Origin: Auanema rhodensis
Lineage: Eukaryota > Animalia > Nematoda
Assembly: GCA_964057225.1 (NCBI GenBank)
Contig: OZ059900.1
Span: 2,356,001 to 2,420,000 of the forward strand
Length of the DNA stretch: 64,000 nt
Direction: 5' to 3'
The position numbers and the translations under genes are program-made. The notes under the pieces are model-generated. The model did not search any database, was not told the origin of the DNA, and was given only the letters and a program-made list of their open reading frames with translations. This document shows positions 59,700-64,000 of the stretch, one piece after another. Every line of letters begins with the position of its first letter. Position 1 is the first letter of the stretch.

Positions 59700-62600
59700 A
59701 AAATCAAACACACAATAAACAAAATCAGTCTATTTTTATGAGTTTGCACTGATATATATTCATTTTAAACAAAAAAGGTCGAAAATAGAAAGAATTTTTG
59801 AAATTTCCGAGTTTTGAGTCTAATTTGGCTAAATCGCTCATATATAAGATCAAAAGCATAGTTTTACTGTCTATGATAACAAAAGTCTTCAAATTTACAC
59901 TAATAATGTGTAAATCACTGAATTTCACTCAAATAGCTTTACTACACTAAGTATGGTCGTTTTTATGCCTTTAACACCATATACTCACCGATTTTTGGTA
60001 CAAAATCTGTAATACTCGTAAATTTTGATCATATTCGTTAAGATTTGAGAATCAAACATACAATACACAAAATCAGTCTATTTTTACAAGTTTGCACTGA
60101 TATATATTCATTTTGATCAAAAAAGGTCGAAAATAGAAAGAATTTTTGAATTTTCCGAGTTTTGAGTCCAATTGGGCTAAATCGCTCATATATATGATCA
60201 AAAGCATAGTTTTACTGTCTATGATAACAAAAGTCTTCAAATATACACTAATAATGATTAAATCACTGAATTTCACTCAAATAGCATTACTACACTAAGT
60301 ATGGTCGTTTTTATGCCTTTAACACCATATACTCACCGATTTTTGGTACAAAATCTGTAATACTCGTGAATTTTGATCATATTCGTTAAGATTTGAAAAT
60401 CAAACACACAATAAACAAAATCAGTCTATTTTTACAAGTTTGCACTGATATATATTCATTTTGATCAAAAAAGGTCGAAAATAGAAAGAATTTTGGAATT
60501 TTCCGAGTTTTGAGTCCAATTGGGCTAAATCGCTCATATATATGATCAAAAGCATAGTTTTACTGTCTATGATAACAAAAGTCTTCAAATATACACTAAT
60601 AATGATTAAATCACTGAATTTCACTCAAATAGCATTACTACACTAAGTATGGTCGTTTTTATGCCTTTAACACCATATACTCACCGATTTTTGGTACAAA
60701 ATCTGTGATACTCGTAAATTTTGATCATATTCGTTAAGATTTGAGAATCAAACATACAATACACAAAATCAGTCTATTTTTATGAGCTTGCACTGATATA
60801 TATTCATTTTGATCAAAAAAGGTCGAAAATAGAAAGAATTTTTGAAATTTCCGAGTTTTGAGTCTAATTTGGCTAAATCGCTCATATATATGATCAAAAG
60901 CATAGTTTTACTGTCTATGATAACAAAAGTCTTCAAATATACACTAATAATGATTAAATCACTGATTTTCAGTCAAATAGCATTACTACACTAAGTATGG
61001 TCGTTTTTATGCCTTTAACACCATATACTCACCGATTTTTGGTTCAAAATCTGTAATACTTGTAAATTTTGATCATATTTGTTAAGATTCGAGAATCAAA
61101 CACATAATACACGAAATAAGTCTATTTTTACAAGTTTGCACTGATATTTATTCATTTTGATCAAAAAAGGTCGAAAATAGAAAGAATTTTTGAAATTTCC
61201 GAGTTTTGAGTCCAATTTGGCTAAATCGCTCATATATAAGATCAAAAGCATAGTTTTATTGTCTATAACAACAAAAGTCATCAATTAAACGCTAGTGATA
61301 TTTAAATACTGATTTTCGCTCAAGTAGCATTACTACACTAAGTATGGTCGTTTTTATGCCTTTAACACCATATACTCACCGATTTTTGGTACAAAATCTG
61401 TAATACTTGTAAATTTTGATCATATTCGTTAAGATTTGAGAATCGAACATACAATACACAAAATCAGTCTATTTTTACAAGTTTGCACTGATATTTATTC
61501 ATTCTGATCAAAAAAGGTCGAAAATAGAAAGAATTTTTGAAATTTCCGAGTTTTGAGTCCAATTTGGCTAAATCGCTCATATATATGATCAAAAGCATAG
61601 TTTTATTGTCTATGACAACAAAAGTCATCAATTAAACGCTAGTGATATTTAAATACTGATTTTCGCTCAAGTAGCATTACTACACTAAGTATGGTCGTTT
61701 TTATGCCTTTAACACCATATACTCACCGATTTTTGGTACAAAATCTGTAATACTCGTAAAATTTGATCATATTTGTTAAGATTTGAGAATCAAACACACA
61801 ATACACAAAATCAGTCTATTTTTATGAGTTTACACTGATATATCTTCATTTTCATCAAAAAAGGTCGAAAATAGAAAGAATTTTTGAATTTTCCGAGTTT
61901 TGAGTCGAATTGGGCTAAATCGCTCATATATATGATCAAAAGCATAGTTTTACTGTCTATGATAACAAAAGTCTTCAAATATACACTAATAATGATTAAA
62001 TCACTGAATTTCACTCAAATAGCATTACTACACTAAGTATGGTCGTTTTTATGCCTTTAACACCATATACTCACCGATTTTTGGTACAAAATCTGTAATA
62101 CTTGTAAATTTTGATCATATTTGTTAAGATTCGAGAATCAAACACACAATAAACAAAATCAGTCTATTTTTATGAGTTTGCACTGATATATATTCATTTT
62201 AAACAAAAAAGGTCGAAAATAGAAAGAATTTTTGAAATTTCCGAGTTTTGAGTCTAATTTGGCTAAATCGCTCATATATAAGATCAAAAGCATAGTTTTA
62301 CTGTCTATGATAACAAAAGTCTTCAAATTTACACTAATAATGTGTAAATCACTGAATTTCACTCAAATAGCTTTACTACACTAAGTATGGTCGTTTTTAT
62401 GCCTTTAACACCATATACTCACCGATTTTTGGTACAAAATCTGTAATACTCGTAAATTTTGATCATATTCGTTAAGATTTGAGAATCAAACATACAATAC
62501 ACAAAATCAGTCTATTTTTACAAGTTTGCACTGATATATATTCATTTTGATCAAAAAAGGTCGAAAATAGAAAGAATTTTTGAATTTTCCGAGTTTTGAG

Positions 62601-64000
62601 TCCAATTGGGCTAAATCGCTCATATATATGATCAAAAGCATAGTTTTACTGTCTATGATAACAAAAGTCTTCAAATATACACTAATATCGATTAAATCAC
62701 TGAATTTCACTCAAATAGCATTACTACACTAAGTATGGTCGTTTTTATGCCTTTAACACCATATACTCACCGATTTTTGGTACAAAATCTGTAATACTCG
62801 TGAATTTTGATCATATTCGTTAAGATTTGAAAATCAAACACACAATAAACAAAATCAGTCTATTTTTACAAGTTTGCACTGATATATATTCATTTTGATC
62901 AAAAAAGGTCGAAAATAGAAAGAATTTTTGAATTTTCCGAGTTTTGAGTCCAATTGGGCTAAATCGCTCATATATATGATCAAAAGCATAGTTTTACTGT
63001 CTATGATAACAAAAGTCTTCAAATATACACTAATAATGATTAAATCACTGAATTTCACTCAAATAGCATTACTACACTAAGTATGGTCGTTTTTATGCCT
63101 TTAACACCATATACTCACCGATTTTTGGTACAAAATCTGTGATACTCGTAAATTTTGATCATATTCGTTAAGATTTGAGAATCAAACATACAATACACAA
63201 AATCAGTCTATTTTTATGAGCTTGCACTGATATATATTCATTTTGATCAAAAAAGGTCGAAAATAGAAAGAATTTTTGAAATTTCCGAGTTTTGAGTCTA
63301 ATTTGGCTAAATCGCTCATATATATGATCAAAAGCATAGTTTTACTGTCTATGATAACAAAAGTCTTCAAATATACACTAATAATGATTAAATCACTGAT
63401 TTTCAGTCAAATAGCATTACTACACTAAGTATGGTCGTTTTTATGCCTTTAACACCATATACTCACCGATTTTTGGTTCAAAATCTGTAATACTTGTAAA
63501 TTTTGATCATATTTGTTAAGATTCGAGAATCAAACACATAATACACGAAATAAGTCTATTTTTACAAGTTTGCACTGATATTTATTCATTTTGATCAAAA
63601 AAGGTCGAAAATAGAAAGAATTTTTGAAATTTCCGAGTTTTGAGTCCAATTTGGCTAAATCGCTCATATATAAGATCAAAAGCATAGTTTTATTGTCTAT
63701 AACAACAAAAGTCATCAATTAAACGCTAGTGATATTTAAATACTGATTTTCGCTCAAGTAGCATTACTACACTAAGTATGGTCGTTTTTATGCCTTTAAC
63801 ACCATATACTCACCGATTTTTGGTACAAAATCTGTAATACTTGTAAATTTTGATCATATTCGTTAAGATTTGAGAATCGAACATACAATACACAAAATCA
63901 GTCTATTTTTACAAGTTTGCACTGATATTTATTCATTTTGATCAAAAAAGGTCGAAAATAGAAAGAATTTTTGAAATTTCCGAGTTTTGAGTCCAATTTG
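59700..64000. repeat. 7-monomer higher-order repeat, period 2434 bp, about 1.8 copies, truncated by the window end (cluster 3)
   Basis: ORF pairs 59725/62159, 60073/62507, 60421/62855 and 61096/63530 differ by 2434. The offset from cluster 2 is 21886. Confidence 0.93.

Larger units (their letters stand above)
1..64000. repeat. Tandem satellite DNA array, 347/348-bp AT-rich monomer, 184 full copies plus a partial copy, single orientation, open at both window ends
   Basis: The anchor GTCGAAAATAGAAAG recurs at 1, 348, 696, 1044 ... 63951. ORF-track offsets are all sums of 347 and 348. Monomer 1 has 100 G+C in 347 bp. No foreign sequence or strand switch was seen. Confidence 0.99.

Noticed and set aside
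295-63718. More than 100 near-identical minus-strand ORFs (61-101 aa, MKFSDL.../MMTFVV...) as a tandem multigene or diversified peptide family
   Set aside because: They are a by-product of the repeat. Starts are mostly GTG or TTG, the composition is I/K/F/L-rich as expected for AT-rich DNA, no domain is recognisable, start and stop positions vary with SNPs, the 347-bp class is shifted at the 5' end, and many variants are non-synonymous. RNA-seq, Ribo-seq or dN/dS well below 1 would be needed to reconsider.
1-64000. CRISPR-like array (conserved box alternating with variable segments)
   Set aside because: The variable segments are homologous alleles rather than unique spacers, the period is about 348 bp, and there are no cas genes or leader.
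1-64000. Pure assembly or concatemer artefact
   Set aside because: Monomers carry structured, hierarchically shared SNP haplotypes and in-register block changes, unlike random errors on a single template. Exact copy numbers still need long-read validation.

Overview
The whole 64-kb window is one uninterrupted, head-to-tail tandem satellite DNA array of an AT-rich 347/348-bp monomer (about 29% GC, counted by hand on monomer 1). Taking GTCGAAAATAG as the phase anchor (positions 1, 348, 696, 1044 ... 63951), there are 184 complete monomers. If only two lengths occur, that is 102 of 348 bp and 82 of 347 bp. I found no supportable protein-coding gene, RNA gene, transposon insertion, inversion or CRISPR array. 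The many minus-strand 61-101 aa ORFs are the same reading frame repeated once per monomer, mostly with GTG/TTG starts. The informative content is the variant pattern. It shows two main monomer classes plus mosaics, local higher-order repeats (2-, 3-, 6- and 7-mers), a ~20-kb block present twice plus a partial third copy whose order of origin can be read from shared SNPs, apparent gene-conversion tracts, a CpG-transition signature that spares a fixed set of CpGs, and several dyad symmetries. This fits eukaryotic (peri)centromeric or other heterochromatic satellite DNA. I cannot name the organism or satellite family, and I see no evidence for a novel gene-encoded system. Block boundaries below are approximate, to within about one monomer.
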